Source of the DNA: Escherichia coli
GTDB lineage: Bacteria; Pseudomonadota; Gammaproteobacteria; Enterobacterales; Enterobacteriaceae
Reading direction: 5' to 3' (one strand)
Length of the DNA: 64,000 bases
Assembly: GCF_001677475.2 (NCBI RefSeq)
Contig: NZ_CP015229.1
Shown here: piece by piece, positions 1 through 10,498 of the stretch
Numbering within the stretch: position 1 is the first letter of the stretch
How the letters are laid out: every line of letters starts with the position of its first letter
Notes under the pieces: model-generated
The model's input: only the letters and a program-made list of their open reading frames with translations
Database searches by the model: none
Told to the model about the DNA's origin: nothing
Program-made: the position numbers and the translations under genes

Positions 1-560
1 AAGCCACGGGCGTCATCCGCCGCATGTTCCTTTAAGACCGCCGGATTGATAATGGATGCACCGTCATTCGCCAGCGTGTAGAGGAACGGTGCGAATGGTT
101 GGCTAAGGGTAAACTTCACCGTATGTTCGTCGGGAGCATCAATCTTTAAATCTTTGGGAAATGCTTCTGCTGGCCCCTGGCCGATTTTTAGTAGCCGCTC
201 AAAAGAGAGTTTTACTGCTTCGGCAGTGACCGGTGTGCCATCGGCAAATTTAGCATTATCCTTCAGGGTAAACGTCCACTCTTTTTGATCGTCAGACGCT
301 TTCCAGCTACTTGCCAGATCGCCTTCAACGTCGGTTGAGCCTTTATCACCGTCCGTTTTGTACTGAACCAGTCGCTGATAAGACGGGTAGGTCACTGTCC
401 AGTCGTTATTATCAATTGTCACCGCTGGGTCGAGGGTTTGTGGGTCGGCAGCTTTACCGATCACCAGCATATCTTTCGGTACGGCGGCGTGCGCAACCGG
501 CATTGTTGTGGCAAGGACGATCGCGAGCAATGTAGGACGAAACAAAATCGATCTCTTCAT
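1..560 (-). CDS. ddpA: D,D-dipeptide ABC transporter periplasmic binding protein, N-terminal part (gene runs off the window start)
   Basis: Reverse complement of 541..560 gives ATG AAG AGA TCG ATT TTG (MKRSILF...), a signal-peptide-like N-terminus; gene sits immediately downstream of ddpX as in the E. coli ddpXABCDF operon. Recognised from memory. Confidence 0.8.
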   Translation of the reverse strand, partial: MKRSILFRPTLLAIVLATTMPVAHAAVPKDMLVIGKAADPQTLDPAVTIDNNDWTVTYPSYQRLVQYKTDGDKGSTDVEGDLASSWKASDDQKEWTFTLKDNAKFADGTPVTAEAVKLSFERLLKIGQGPAEAFPKDLKIDAPDEHTVKFTLSQPFAPFLYTLANDGASIINPAVLKEHAADDARG

Positions 561-573
561 GACAGTTTCCTGA

Positions 574-1155
574 TTAACTGGCGTGCTGTGTGCCAGGGGA
601 TATAAAACAGGTGAATTGATCAGCGAGTAGTGGGTAACTCGCTGCCTGGGGTAATTCGAAGTGCCACCATTCGCTCGGGATACCGACAAAGCCACCGCCA
701 GTCATAATCGCATTCAGCAACAGCCGATTGCGCTGAGCGGCTGGCGGGACGGAAGGGTGATAAGCATGGGAACGTTCGTGCATTTCATCGAACTCTGCAC
801 CCATATCCAGTATGTTCCCGTGCTCATCACGAAGCGTCAGGTCGATCGCCGTGCCACGGCTGTGATTAGAACCGACCGCCACATCAACAACATATTGCGG
901 GTCTGGGCAGGCTTGCCACAACATCGCCTGTGCTTGTTGTGGGCGATACGCATCGTAAATCACCAGTTGTAAGCCTGACAGCTGGGCGATACTGATACTT
1001 TTCGCCAGCGCAGTAATCGCATCCTTGTGTAACAGACAACGCGCTTGCTGGTAAATAGCTTTACCTGTGATGTTATCAGCGCAGGCATATTTCAATTCGA
1101 TCTCCAGATCAGGGAAGATCACGGCTAAATCAACCAGTTCGGTGGTATCCGACAT
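574..1155 (-). CDS. ddpX: D-Ala-D-Ala dipeptidase (VanX homolog)
   Basis: 193-aa ORF MSDTTELVDLAVIFPDLEIELKYACADN... recognised as E. coli DdpX. Confidence 0.9.
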   Translation of the reverse strand: MSDTTELVDLAVIFPDLEIELKYACADNITGKAIYQQARCLLHKDAITALAKSISIAQLSGLQLVIYDAYRPQQAQAMLWQACPDPQYVVDVAVGSNHSRGTAIDLTLRDEHGNILDMGAEFDEMHERSHAYHPSVPPAAQRNRLLLNAIMTGGGFVGIPSEWWHFELPQAASYPLLADQFTCFISPGTQHAS

Positions 1156-1379
1156 AAACGGTTCCTGTATAAGACAAAAATTGCTGCGCTTTCCGCTTAT
1201 GCAGATCTCATGCCATGCCGGGATAAGCGCCAGAATGCTGGCTTAAAGTTATATTTTTTAACTTTTGATCAACATTTGTGCAGCGTAGTGCAGTTTTGGT
1301 GCAAGAGGGGAAGTTAAGGAAGGAATCTCCCGGAATCGTAGCTGAAATCACAGTATTTAAGTGACAGTGTCACGTTAAA

Positions 1380-1399
1380 TGAAAACCCGCGAGTGCGGG
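1380..1399 (-). terminator. Putative intrinsic terminator downstream of dosP
   Basis: Hairpin cccgc-gagt-gcggg at 1386..1399 followed on the minus strand by a U-rich tract (plus 1381..1385 gaaaa). Confidence 0.5.
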
Positions 1400-1412
1400 C
1401 GAGAGGAATTTG

Positions 1413-3812
1413 TCAGATGTTCAGCGGTAACACGCTGCTCATCCAGCCTGGAATTTCTTCGGCGGGCAGGGGGCGGGAAAAGAAATATCCCTGAATAACG
1501 CGACAGTGGATCTTGCGTAGCATCTCAAATTGCTCTTTGGTTTCGACGCCTTCCGCTACGACGGTTAAATTGAGGCTTTGCCCAATGCTGGTAATGGCTT
1601 CGAGTAAGGCAAGGATGCGTTTTTCGGTCAGACAACGATCGACAAAACTTTTGTCAATTTTGATTTCCGTTACCGGAAGACTGACTAAGCGGGATAACCC
1701 GGAAAAGCCCGTGCCAAAATCATCTACCGATAAACCCACGCCCATATCACGCAGGATCTGAATGCGCTTAAAGATTTCGGTATCGTGTTCCATCATCATG
1801 CTTTCTGTGATTTCCACCGTCAGCTGGTGGCCGTCAATACCCCAGGCGTGCATTGCATCAGATACCTGATTAGGCAGCTGATTACTGCGAAAGTGCAGCG
1901 CCGACAAGTTAACGGATAACGCCGGGATATGAATATTCTGGCTACGCCATTCTGCTAACTGACGGCAAGCTTCCGCGATGACCCAGCGCCCAATATTTTC
2001 GATTTCACCAATCTCTTCTGCGAGAGGAATAAATCGTGAAGGGGGCACATGACCATGCAGGGGATCGTGCCAGCGAGCAAGGGCTTCGATGCCGTACAGT
2101 TCACCCGTTTCTGCGAAGATTTGTGGCTGGTAAACCAGTTTCAGTTGGTTATTGCTAATCGCTTCTTTCAGCGCTGCGCCTAAAACCAAACGCTCTTTTA
2201 CCATTTCGTTCATCGCCGGGCTGAAGAACTGCCAGCCGTTACCGCCATTCTTGCGAATATAATCCATTGCATTGTGAGCAGTGGAGAGCAGGTAATCGCG
2301 GTTTTTACCCACGTCGTAGCTGATGCCAATACTCAAGGTAAGCGGGAAGGGTTTATCGTCAATCATTATCGGCTTGCTGACCACATTCCGTAGCTCATCG
2401 GCGATTTGGGTAATGTTACTGACGTCGTTTTCCAGGCTCACGAGGACAAACTGCGTACCTTCGATACGACAGAGATACTGATCCGGTTTGAGTTTTTCAC
2501 GAAAGCGATTGACCACTTCCAGCAATGCCTGATCGGCCCACGCATAGCCAAGGCTATCAATCACATCCTGAATATGGTCAACACCGATGAGATACACCAC
2601 CGGAGAGACGGCTTTGTCGACAAGGTCATCGAGGTAATTGTGCAGGTTATTGCGATTTGGCAGACCGGTCATCGGATCAAATTGGATGAGTTGTTCAATA
2701 TGCTGACGGCTTTTTTCCTGTTCCAGCGCCAGCGCGGCCATATGCTGGCTGATATCTGCCACGCGTTCGATAAAGGCGCTGGTTTCTGCTCCTGACGAGG
2801 TTTTAATTTGCAGGATCCCCGCAGGCGCGCCATCACGCTGACGAATGGTCGCTGACCAGCTTTGCGCATTTTGAACTTCTGCACCGTGCGAAGATGACGC
2901 CCAGTGTATCGGCATCCCGTTGCGCAGTGCGAACAGCGAAACATGCGATTCGTTGAGAACAGATTCGATGTTACGACAAATGATTTCCCCCATTTCATGA
3001 AATGGCGGGCTGCTGCACATGGCGGCGAGAATATTGCCTTCAAGCTGGCGTATTTGTCGTTCTTCGGTGATATCCGAGAAGGTCATTACCAGGTTCTGCA
3101 GATGCGCGAGCACGTCATAAACCGGGCTGATAGAGGCTTTAATCCAGATTTTTTCACCGGTGCGCGTCAACAGCAGAAATTCGTCCTGATCGCGGGCGGT
3201 TTTCCATAGCAACTGTTGTAAACGAATGCGGTTATCGGCAGGGAATTCAGGAATGTTCAGGAGTGTATCGGGCTGCATACCGCTGGCTTCGCTAATGCAG
3301 TAACCAAACATTTCGGTAAATGCGCGATTGCACTGCACAATATGACGTTCCGGATCGAGGACAATCACCGGTCGGTCGAGATGGTCAACGGCAATAATCA
3401 ATTGTCGGGTCTGTTCTTTTTGCGCCATTTCTACGCTGGCATCCCGTACCAGCGCCAGGTAATAAACTTTCCCCTCGGCGCTCACTTTCGATAGCGCAAA
3501 ACGGGTCCAGATTTTACTGCCGTCTTTTTTCTCCAGCTGCAGCTCCCGACTCATCCCCTCAACGCGCGCTTTACCGCCTTCACGGTTATGACGAATGTAT
3601 TCAGGATGCGCGGGACGCAAATCCTGCGGAATCAGCATATCAATGTTATTGCCAATGACTTCTTCACGTTTGTATCCCCAGAGCTTCTCTGCGGCGGGGT
3701 TGAAAAACATCACTTCATCATTTTCGTTAATTAACACCGCACCCATCATATTTTGCTCAAGGGCGGGGAAAAAAATGCCATCGGCGGCATTATCCGCATC
3801 GGTTAGCTTCAT
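1413..3812 (-). CDS. dosP: Oxygen-sensing c-di-GMP phosphodiesterase (haem PAS, GGDEF-EAL)
   Basis: ORF 1413..3836; start trimmed to MKLTDADNAADGIFFPALEQN... (799 aa) as in E. coli DosP; EAL-type C-terminus. Confidence 0.9.
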   Translation of the reverse strand: MKLTDADNAADGIFFPALEQNMMGAVLINENDEVMFFNPAAEKLWGYKREEVIGNNIDMLIPQDLRPAHPEYIRHNREGGKARVEGMSRELQLEKKDGSKIWTRFALSKVSAEGKVYYLALVRDASVEMAQKEQTRQLIIAVDHLDRPVIVLDPERHIVQCNRAFTEMFGYCISEASGMQPDTLLNIPEFPADNRIRLQQLLWKTARDQDEFLLLTRTGEKIWIKASISPVYDVLAHLQNLVMTFSDITEERQIRQLEGNILAAMCSSPPFHEMGEIICRNIESVLNESHVSLFALRNGMPIHWASSSHGAEVQNAQSWSATIRQRDGAPAGILQIKTSSGAETSAFIERVADISQHMAALALEQEKSRQHIEQLIQFDPMTGLPNRNNLHNYLDDLVDKAVSPVVYLIGVDHIQDVIDSLGYAWADQALLEVVNRFREKLKPDQYLCRIEGTQFVLVSLENDVSNITQIADELRNVVSKPIMIDDKPFPLTLSIGISYDVGKNRDYLLSTAHNAMDYIRKNGGNGWQFFSPAMNEMVKERLVLGAALKEAISNNQLKLVYQPQIFAETGELYGIEALARWHDPLHGHVPPSRFIPLAEEIGEIENIGRWVIAEACRQLAEWRSQNIHIPALSVNLSALHFRSNQLPNQVSDAMHAWGIDGHQLTVEITESMMMEHDTEIFKRIQILRDMGVGLSVDDFGTGFSGLSRLVSLPVTEIKIDKSFVDRCLTEKRILALLEAITSIGQSLNLTVVAEGVETKEQFEMLRKIHCRVIQGYFFSRPLPAEEIPGWMSSVLPLNI

Positions 3813-3836
3813 GATTACCTCTGCATCCTGGCGCAT

Positions 3837-5219
3837 CTAAAGACTGGCTTTCCAGAGTTCAACACGGTTTCTACCTCGTCTTTTGGCGATATACAGAGCT
3901 TCATCGGCTATTTGAATGAGGCGCTCATAGTCAGGATGACCATTAAACATGGCGGCACCGATGGAAAGTGAGAGGGCAATATCCTCGCCGTTTGCGGCTT
4001 TCAGTTTGGTTTTCTCCACCCGACTGCGAATACGTTCTGCGGTACGTAACGTTTCGTTTTCCGAAGCTTCAGTCAAAACAATGATAAATTCATCGCCCCC
4101 GTAGCGGAAAACATAATCACTACTGCGGACGTTGTCATAAAAGGCCTGAGAGACTTTACGCAGAATTTCATCGCCAGTGTTATGGCCCCACGTATCGTTG
4201 ATCTCTTTGAATTTATCAACGTCAATAATCAGCACTGACAGCGGTGTACCGGTCCGGTTGGCATGGGCAATTTCGCGTTTGAAAATAGTCGGCAGGAAAC
4301 GGCGGTTAAGTAATTTCGTCAGTACATCCATACCGACTTCGTGGCGCGATACTTCTTCAAACAATTCACGCAGCAAGGTAATAATTTGCGATACGGTATT
4401 TCTTATCTGTAATAAAAATTTCACCCGCAGACTTCTGTTATTCAAATTCCTGGTGTTACGCATGGTTTGATTGAAAATACCGTCGAAATCCTGAATCAGA
4501 CGGGAGATATGGCCCACTTCGGCAATGCCGCTAAAATAATGTCGACCTTTATGGTTAAACCACAGGCCAAAATCAGCCTGGCTTAAAGGCAAACTACTGC
4601 CTAAATCAGAATCCAGCAGGACTTTATAGATAATATCTATTTCCCATGAAAGTAATGAGGCTATTTGCCGTTCTTTTTCTTCTTCGGCATTTTCCAGTAA
4701 CGAGAAGATACGATAGTTTTCATCTTCTTTTGAGGCACTACTGTCACTAAAGGTAAACGCGCGGGTCATCACTTCCATAGCGATATCAATACTGTTAATA
4801 GAGAAATGGTAGACCTGAAGTTTTTCTGCGGCGGAATAATCCGAAGAGAAGATGACCGGATAGAGGATTTTTTTCAGCACCCGAAACCCCATCTCGACAA
4901 TTTCTACCGGAATTCCTATGCGGGCATGCACTTCCGCGACGGTATGCTGGATTTGTATTAGCCTTTCGACATCGTCAACCTGGGCAGAAAGCACGTTAAT
5001 AATCCAGCGTTCCATCGCACTTTTCAACTGCCGCTCAACTTGTTCATTACTCAAGAATTCTTCGGCATGCGGGTCGATACGGACAATTCGGTAAAACTCA
5101 ATACTCAGATAATGGGCATGCGCAACGGCAATTTCCGCGGCTTTAGCACGAATGAGCGGATCTGCTTGTTCGACAAGCCCGGTCCACTCATCTTTCATTC
5201 TTTTAAAATACATCTCCAT
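3837..5219 (-). CDS. dosC: Globin-coupled diguanylate cyclase
   Basis: 460-aa ORF MEMYFKRMKDEWTGLVEQ...; GGDEF motif (YGGDEF) near the C-terminus; directly upstream of dosP (dosCP operon). Confidence 0.9.
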   Translation of the reverse strand: MEMYFKRMKDEWTGLVEQADPLIRAKAAEIAVAHAHYLSIEFYRIVRIDPHAEEFLSNEQVERQLKSAMERWIINVLSAQVDDVERLIQIQHTVAEVHARIGIPVEIVEMGFRVLKKILYPVIFSSDYSAAEKLQVYHFSINSIDIAMEVMTRAFTFSDSSASKEDENYRIFSLLENAEEEKERQIASLLSWEIDIIYKVLLDSDLGSSLPLSQADFGLWFNHKGRHYFSGIAEVGHISRLIQDFDGIFNQTMRNTRNLNNRSLRVKFLLQIRNTVSQIITLLRELFEEVSRHEVGMDVLTKLLNRRFLPTIFKREIAHANRTGTPLSVLIIDVDKFKEINDTWGHNTGDEILRKVSQAFYDNVRSSDYVFRYGGDEFIIVLTEASENETLRTAERIRSRVEKTKLKAANGEDIALSLSIGAAMFNGHPDYERLIQIADEALYIAKRRGRNRVELWKASL

Positions 5220-5595
5220 AATTCACACCCTTATAAGGCTGGGAAAGCAGACGGAATCAAAACGAAACGCAACGTGCGAGATCGACTAACTGCACCATAT
5301 TCTCCTGAAATATGAAGATATACTGAAAACAAATAAGCGACTTAGGACAGTTTCAATCTACGCTACTGTTCTTCAGAAGAGTATAGCCCATCGTAATTAT
5401 TTTTCGGTGACAGCGAATATCGTATGTTTTTTCATATTCATACATTTTTATTAGGGGATTTATGGCTATTTAACTAAGTGTGGTTAATTGCGTGGTGAAT
5501 TTGACTTAAGTAAGCATGATTACTAGTGGGATATTTCAAGAGGGTAGCAAGCCGGTGGGTAAACCACCGGCTTGTCACAAAGTATGAATGGGAGT

Positions 5596-6915
5596 TTAAC
5601 TGCCCCAACGACTTTGCAGATAGCTGACCGCTTGTTGAGTCTGCGGTTTATTCAGATAGTCCTCACGGAACAAGATGGTGCCGCTAATTTCTGGTACCGC
5701 ATCGTTAAGATCGAGCTGCTTTTTCAGTTCCGGTACGCCGCCGTTAATCATCCAGTCTGGCTCTATCTTTGAAGGTTCACCCACTTTATAGAAGGCGATA
5801 CCGATATACAGGCGGGTCCTGGTCGGTTTAACGACATCCGCCCACCATTTTGCCAACACGTCATAACGCGCGGCACTCCGTGAGAACGGCCAGTAAATTT
5901 GGGGAGCAATGTAATCCAGCAATCCTTGTTCCACCCATCGACGGGTGTCAGCGTAGGATTCGTCATAGGCTGCCGCGCCTCGGGTATCGGAACCGAGCGG
6001 ATCGTGTGATCGGTTACGCCACACGCCTGCCGGGCTAACACCAAATTCGACTCCCGGCTTAATGCTTTTAATGGTGTGCGATACCTTTGCAATTAACTGC
6101 TGAGTATTGTTGCGCCGCCAGTCTGCTTTTGACGCAAATGCGCCTCCGTATTTACGGTACGTTTCGTTATCATTTAGCCGTGAACCCGGTGATTCAGTAT
6201 AGAAATAGTCGTCAAACTGCACGCCATCTACCGGATAGCGGGAAACCACTTCCGCGACTATTGATGTGATCCAGTCCTGAACCTCAGGGATGCCCGGGTC
6301 GAGGACAAAGCGATCGCCGGACGTTCTGATCCAGTCGCGGTGTTGCACATAGACGCTCGCCGGTTGTTGAGACAGAGTGCTATTCAGTTCCCTGATAGTA
6401 CCGGGCTTCGTATTAACCGATACGCGATAGGGGTTAAACCAGGCGTGTACTTTCATCCCACGCTTGTGAGCTTCGTCGAGAATAAATTGCAGCGGATCGT
6501 AACCTGGATTTTCACCAATCTTTCCGGTCATAAGATCGGACCACGGCAAAATTTTCGATGGCCACAGGGCGGTACCGTCCGGCTTGACCTGGAAAAAGAC
6601 CGTGTTTATGCCGAGACGTTGCAGATGATCCAGTTTGTCGATCATCGCCTGTTGTTGTACACGTGCCCGGCTGGTGGGGTTACTAATGTTAACCGAGGAA
6701 ACCGGTGGCCAGTCGAGGCGAGACACCGTGGCCAGCCAGATGCCACGCATCGGTTGTGACGATTGTTGCGTCGTGGCTGGTGGCTTCGAACCTGTTGGTG
6801 GTGTCACCATTGACTCTGGGGGCGTGCTTTTGCAACTACACAGTAAAAGTGCCAGTGCAACCAGTACCGCGGGTCTTCTAATCGCTAATTTCTCGTTTCG
6901 GGAGCAGATATCCAT
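5596..6915 (-). CDS. yddW: Lipoprotein glycoside hydrolase YddW/DigH
   Basis: 439-aa ORF with lipoprotein signal (…LLLCSCKS) recognised as E. coli YddW. Confidence 0.85.
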   Translation of the reverse strand: MDICSRNEKLAIRRPAVLVALALLLCSCKSTPPESMVTPPTGSKPPATTQQSSQPMRGIWLATVSRLDWPPVSSVNISNPTSRARVQQQAMIDKLDHLQRLGINTVFFQVKPDGTALWPSKILPWSDLMTGKIGENPGYDPLQFILDEAHKRGMKVHAWFNPYRVSVNTKPGTIRELNSTLSQQPASVYVQHRDWIRTSGDRFVLDPGIPEVQDWITSIVAEVVSRYPVDGVQFDDYFYTESPGSRLNDNETYRKYGGAFASKADWRRNNTQQLIAKVSHTIKSIKPGVEFGVSPAGVWRNRSHDPLGSDTRGAAAYDESYADTRRWVEQGLLDYIAPQIYWPFSRSAARYDVLAKWWADVVKPTRTRLYIGIAFYKVGEPSKIEPDWMINGGVPELKKQLDLNDAVPEISGTILFREDYLNKPQTQQAVSYLQSRWGS

Positions 6916-6990
6916 ATATGCTGGTTTCCGGTAAACAGATGTGCGCTCATTCTCGTACTTATCCCGGTTAAGTCAATACGACAGCGAGCA

Positions 6991-7020
6991 CGAAAAAGGG
7001 AGCGATTAATTATCGCTCCC
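6991..7020 (-). terminator. Intrinsic terminator downstream of gadC
   Basis: Hairpin gggagcgat-taat-tatcgctccc at 6998..7020 preceded on the plus strand by aaaaa (T5 on the transcript). Confidence 0.65.
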
Positions 7021-7045
7021 TTGTCTTATAACCATTCAGACATGG

Positions 7046-8581
7046 TTAGTGTTTCTTGTCATTCATCACAATATAGTGTGGTGAACGTGCACGCGGGTGC
7101 AGGAAGAAGTGACCTTTTGGTGCGTTCTGACTGTTGATTGGCTCCAGAGTGACGCCGGTATTCGCTTTGCCTTTACGATCATGAACAGCATAGAGAATAA
7201 AGGGCAGGGCAAGTACCACCAGGAAACTAACGACCAGTAATTCAACATACATATCGGTAGAGTCACCCTGGATGTTATCCGGCGGCAGGAAGGAAACAAT
7301 AAACGCCATAATTGAAGTCAGCAGACCGACAATAGCCACGACCAGTTTCACCCCTTTACCACCAGGGATATTAAATGTGCGTTTTAAGTCAGGATGTTTA
7401 AGAACCAACACAATGTAGCCAATAAACAGCATGAAATAAGCACACAGATAAATCACCACCGTCAGCGCCAGTGCGATCAGGAAGGACATGTTGTTACCGC
7501 CACCGGTATTGGTGAGGATGATCAACGCGATAGAAGTAATCACCAGCTGCGAAATGACCAGCGTTACCGGTACGCCATTTTTGTTCATTTTAGCGAATGC
7601 CGCTGGCAGCAGGTTTTTCTGCGCTGTGACATACATCCCGCGAGAAGGACCAACAATCCAGGAGGCGATTTCCGCCAAAACACCCAGCAACAACAGTGCG
7701 GAGATCACGCGAACCGTCCACTCAATTTCCGGTGCCACATGGGACATCAGAACGGTAAAGGTTTGCATTACCCCTGCGGAGAGGTTGATTTCATTACCCG
7801 GAATGACCATCGCAATAGACAAACCGCCAACAGAGCTTAAGCAGATTGCCGCCACCATCAGCAGTAACATAGCCAGTGGATAGTCGCGCCCGGGGTTGCT
7901 CATTTCATTGACGTGAGTTGCGGAAGCTTCTACGCCCATATAACTCAAAATGAAGGCAACAAATACAACCAGGGTGCCCACTTTAGAGAAGTCAGGGAAG
8001 AAGGTCTTCGAATCCATTTCGATAGCAACGGGGGCACCGGAGTGCAGATAAATAGCCGCTAATGCGATCAAAATAAATGCAGGTAACAGGATACCGGCGA
8101 AGAAGCCAACTTTAGCAATTCGTGCCGTGTATTTCGTGCCACCAAACTGCGTTAATGCCAGCGCCCAAAGAATGATGAGTGCTGCAATAGTTTTGGTAAT
8201 GGGGTCTTCATTCAGCGCTGGCCATTTCAGGATGTAGGAGAGTGCCCCTAACACGAAATAGAGCATCGGAATAAAACCAATGGCGATTTGCAGATAGCCA
8301 AATGAGATCGCTGCAAATCCCCATCTCGGCCCCAGAGTATTTGATACCCAGGCGAAGACACCACCTTCTTCCCAGCCGTCGACGGTGGCCATTTCCGCAG
8401 CACAAAGTCCCACGGGAATAAACCATAAAATCCCGCCTAATAGCAGGAAGAAGACTAATGAAAAGCCCGATGTTGCGAAGGTAGGGTATTCATAAACAGC
8501 CATTACCATCGATGCCGTTATGGCAAAAAAGCCGAGTAATGTGAGCTGCTTAGCTTTACCTGTCTGTACTGATGTAGCCAT
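7046..8581 (-). CDS. gadC: Glutamate:GABA antiporter
   Basis: 511-aa polytopic membrane [39 protein letters not shown]... recognised as GadC. Confidence 0.92.
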   Translation of the reverse strand: MATSVQTGKAKQLTLLGFFAITASMVMAVYEYPTFATSGFSLVFFLLLGGILWFIPVGLCAAEMATVDGWEEGGVFAWVSNTLGPRWGFAAISFGYLQIAIGFIPMLYFVLGALSYILKWPALNEDPITKTIAALIILWALALTQFGGTKYTARIAKVGFFAGILLPAFILIALAAIYLHSGAPVAIEMDSKTFFPDFSKVGTLVVFVAFILSYMGVEASATHVNEMSNPGRDYPLAMLLLMVAAICLSSVGGLSIAMVIPGNEINLSAGVMQTFTVLMSHVAPEIEWTVRVISALLLLGVLAEIASWIVGPSRGMYVTAQKNLLPAAFAKMNKNGVPVTLVISQLVITSIALIILTNTGGGNNMSFLIALALTVVIYLCAYFMLFIGYIVLVLKHPDLKRTFNIPGGKGVKLVVAIVGLLTSIMAFIVSFLPPDNIQGDSTDMYVELLVVSFLVVLALPFILYAVHDRKGKANTGVTLEPINSQNAPKGHFFLHPRARSPHYIVMNDKKH

Positions 8582-8690
8582 ATTATCCCCCTAAAACGGT
8601 ATTCCTGTCGGAACCGCACCTGTTTTGTTCTGAAGCGTATTCAGAACAATATTTTCCGTTGCTAATGCCAGTGAACAGACTTTGGAGATT

Positions 8691-8716
8691 GTCCCGAAAC
8701 GGGTTCGTTTCGGGAC
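8691..8716 (-). other. 11-bp perfect stem-loop in the gadB-gadC intergenic region
   Basis: gtcccgaaacg-ggtt-cgtttcgggac; no U-tract follows, so more likely a processing or stability element than a terminator. Confidence 0.5.
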
Positions 8717-8736
8717 ACCGTTACCGTTAAACGTTA

Positions 8737-10137
8737 TCAGGTATGTTTAAAGCTGTTCTGCTGGGCAATACCCTGCAGTTTCGGGTGATCGCTGAGATAT
8801 TTCAGGGAGGCTTTGTAGTCTTCCAGCAACAGTTCAGCAAAGTCCATTTCGAAGCCACGACGACACATAATGCGCATCACCACGATGTCAGTGGCTTCAC
8901 CGCCGAGAGTGAAGGCCGGAACCTGCCAGCCGCGCAGACGCAGACGTTCAGAGAGGTCGTAGAGGGTGTATCCCGGATCTTCACCATCTTTCAGTTTGAA
9001 GCAGACCGCCGGGATGCCTTCGTCCGGACGACCGGTACAGATGAACTCATACGGCCCCAGTTTGGCGATCTCATCCGCCAGATAGGTAGCGACCTGATAA
9101 GAGGCGTTCTGTACTTTGGTATAGCCTTCACGACCGAGGCGCAGGAATTCATAGTACTGTGCAATTACCTGACCCGCCGGGCGGGAGAAGTTGATGGCGA
9201 AAGTACCAATCTGACCACCGAGGTAGTCAACGTTGAACACCAGTTCCTGCGGCAGCGCTTCTTCGTCACGCCAGATAACCCAGCCGCAGCCCAGCGGAGC
9301 CAGACCGAATTTATGGCCTGAAGCACTGATCGATTTCACCCGCGGCAGGCGGAAGTCCCAGACGATATCCGGGGCAACGAACGGCGCCAGGAAGCCACCG
9401 CTGGCAGCGTCGATGTGCATGTCGATGTCGATACCGGTGTCGGCCTGGAATTTATCCAGCGCATCGTGCAGCGGTTGCGGGAACTCATAGTTACCGGTGT
9501 AGGTCACGCCGAAAGTCGGCACCACGCCGATGGTGTTTTCGTCGCAGGCTTCAATCATGCGTTTCGGGTCCATAAACAACTGACCGGGGCGCATAGGGAT
9601 CTCACGCAGCTCCACATCCCAGTAGCGGGCGAATTTATGCCAGCAGATTTGTACCGGACCGCACACCAGGTTTGGTTTATCCGTTGGTTTGCCTGCAGCT
9701 TCCATACGCTTGCGCCAACGCCATTTCATCGCCATCCCGCCGAGCATACAGGCCTCGGAAGAACCAATGGTGTTGGTGCCAACGGCCTGACCATTTTTCG
9801 GCGCAGGCGCATGCCACAGATCGGCAACCATATTTACGCAACGCAGGTCAATGGCTGCGGATTGCGGATATTCTTCTTTGTCGATCCAGTTTTTGTTAAT
9901 GGATAAATCCATCAATTTGTGGACATTTTCGTCGTCCCAGGTCTGGCAGAAAGTGGCCAGGTTCTGACGAGCGTTGCCATCAAGATATAATTCGTCATTG
10001 ATAATCTGGAATGCGACATCGTCGCGCATTTCGTGCAGCGGAAAACGTTTTGATTCTGCGATAGTGGAAATAGACTTCGCACCAAAACGTGAATCGAGTA
10101 GTTCCGACCTTAAATCCGTTACTTGCTTCTTATCCAT
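8737..10137 (-). CDS. gadB: Glutamate decarboxylase beta
   Basis: ORF 8737..10206; start trimmed to [24 protein letters not shown]... (466 aa) as in E. coli GadB; gadA is excluded by the gadC neighbour. Confidence 0.92.
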   Translation of the reverse strand: MDKKQVTDLRSELLDSRFGAKSISTIAESKRFPLHEMRDDVAFQIINDELYLDGNARQNLATFCQTWDDENVHKLMDLSINKNWIDKEEYPQSAAIDLRCVNMVADLWHAPAPKNGQAVGTNTIGSSEACMLGGMAMKWRWRKRMEAAGKPTDKPNLVCGPVQICWHKFARYWDVELREIPMRPGQLFMDPKRMIEACDENTIGVVPTFGVTYTGNYEFPQPLHDALDKFQADTGIDIDMHIDAASGGFLAPFVAPDIVWDFRLPRVKSISASGHKFGLAPLGCGWVIWRDEEALPQELVFNVDYLGGQIGTFAINFSRPAGQVIAQYYEFLRLGREGYTKVQNASYQVATYLADEIAKLGPYEFICTGRPDEGIPAVCFKLKDGEDPGYTLYDLSERLRLRGWQVPAFTLGGEATDIVVMRIMCRRGFEMDFAELLLEDYKASLKYLSDHPKLQGIAQQNSFKHT

Positions 10138-10216
10138 TTTAAACTCCTTAAAATGATTGGATCGCATTAAAAAAGTAGGATTTATCGATAAAGTAAGCAA
10201 GTGCAAAGGACTCGTG

Positions 10217-10236
10217 TTTAAATAACAAAATCCTAA
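10217..10236 (-). promoter_or_regulatory. GAD box (GadE/GadX-type binding site) upstream of gadB
   Basis: Minus strand reads TTAGGATTTTGTTATTTAAA, the 20-bp GAD-box consensus known from gadA/gadBC promoters (recalled from literature). Confidence 0.8.
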
Positions 10237-10454
10237 TGTTATTTATCGTGAGATATTACACGAATAATATTTTTTCATTGAAAAACAATATAATATGGAA
10301 TTCCTGGGTGGTGGTAAGGTGTTTTATGCTGTTATTTTTATGCGCATTATGTGCCTCCTGAATTATCACGTAAAAATCAGACCTTAAAATATCACTATTA
10401 GTACTTGGTTATTATTTTGAACGCATTTATAAAATTATTACATAAAAATAGCGA

Positions 10455-10492
10455 ATATTGATAAAATCCCCGCCAACGATGTGTTGACGGGG
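10455..10492 (-). terminator. Putative intrinsic terminator downstream of pqqL
   Basis: Imperfect hairpin ccccgccaac-gatgtg-ttgacgggg (10468..10492) followed on the transcript by attttatcaatat. Confidence 0.45.
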
Positions 10493-10498
10493 CTGTTA

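Noticed and set aside
661-972. Plus-strand 103-aa ORF within ddpX, and similar antisense ORFs within dosP, gadB, pqqL, ydeP, lsr and sad
   Set aside because: Each is fully embedded antisense or out of frame in a recognised conserved gene and has no RBS context or recognisable domain.
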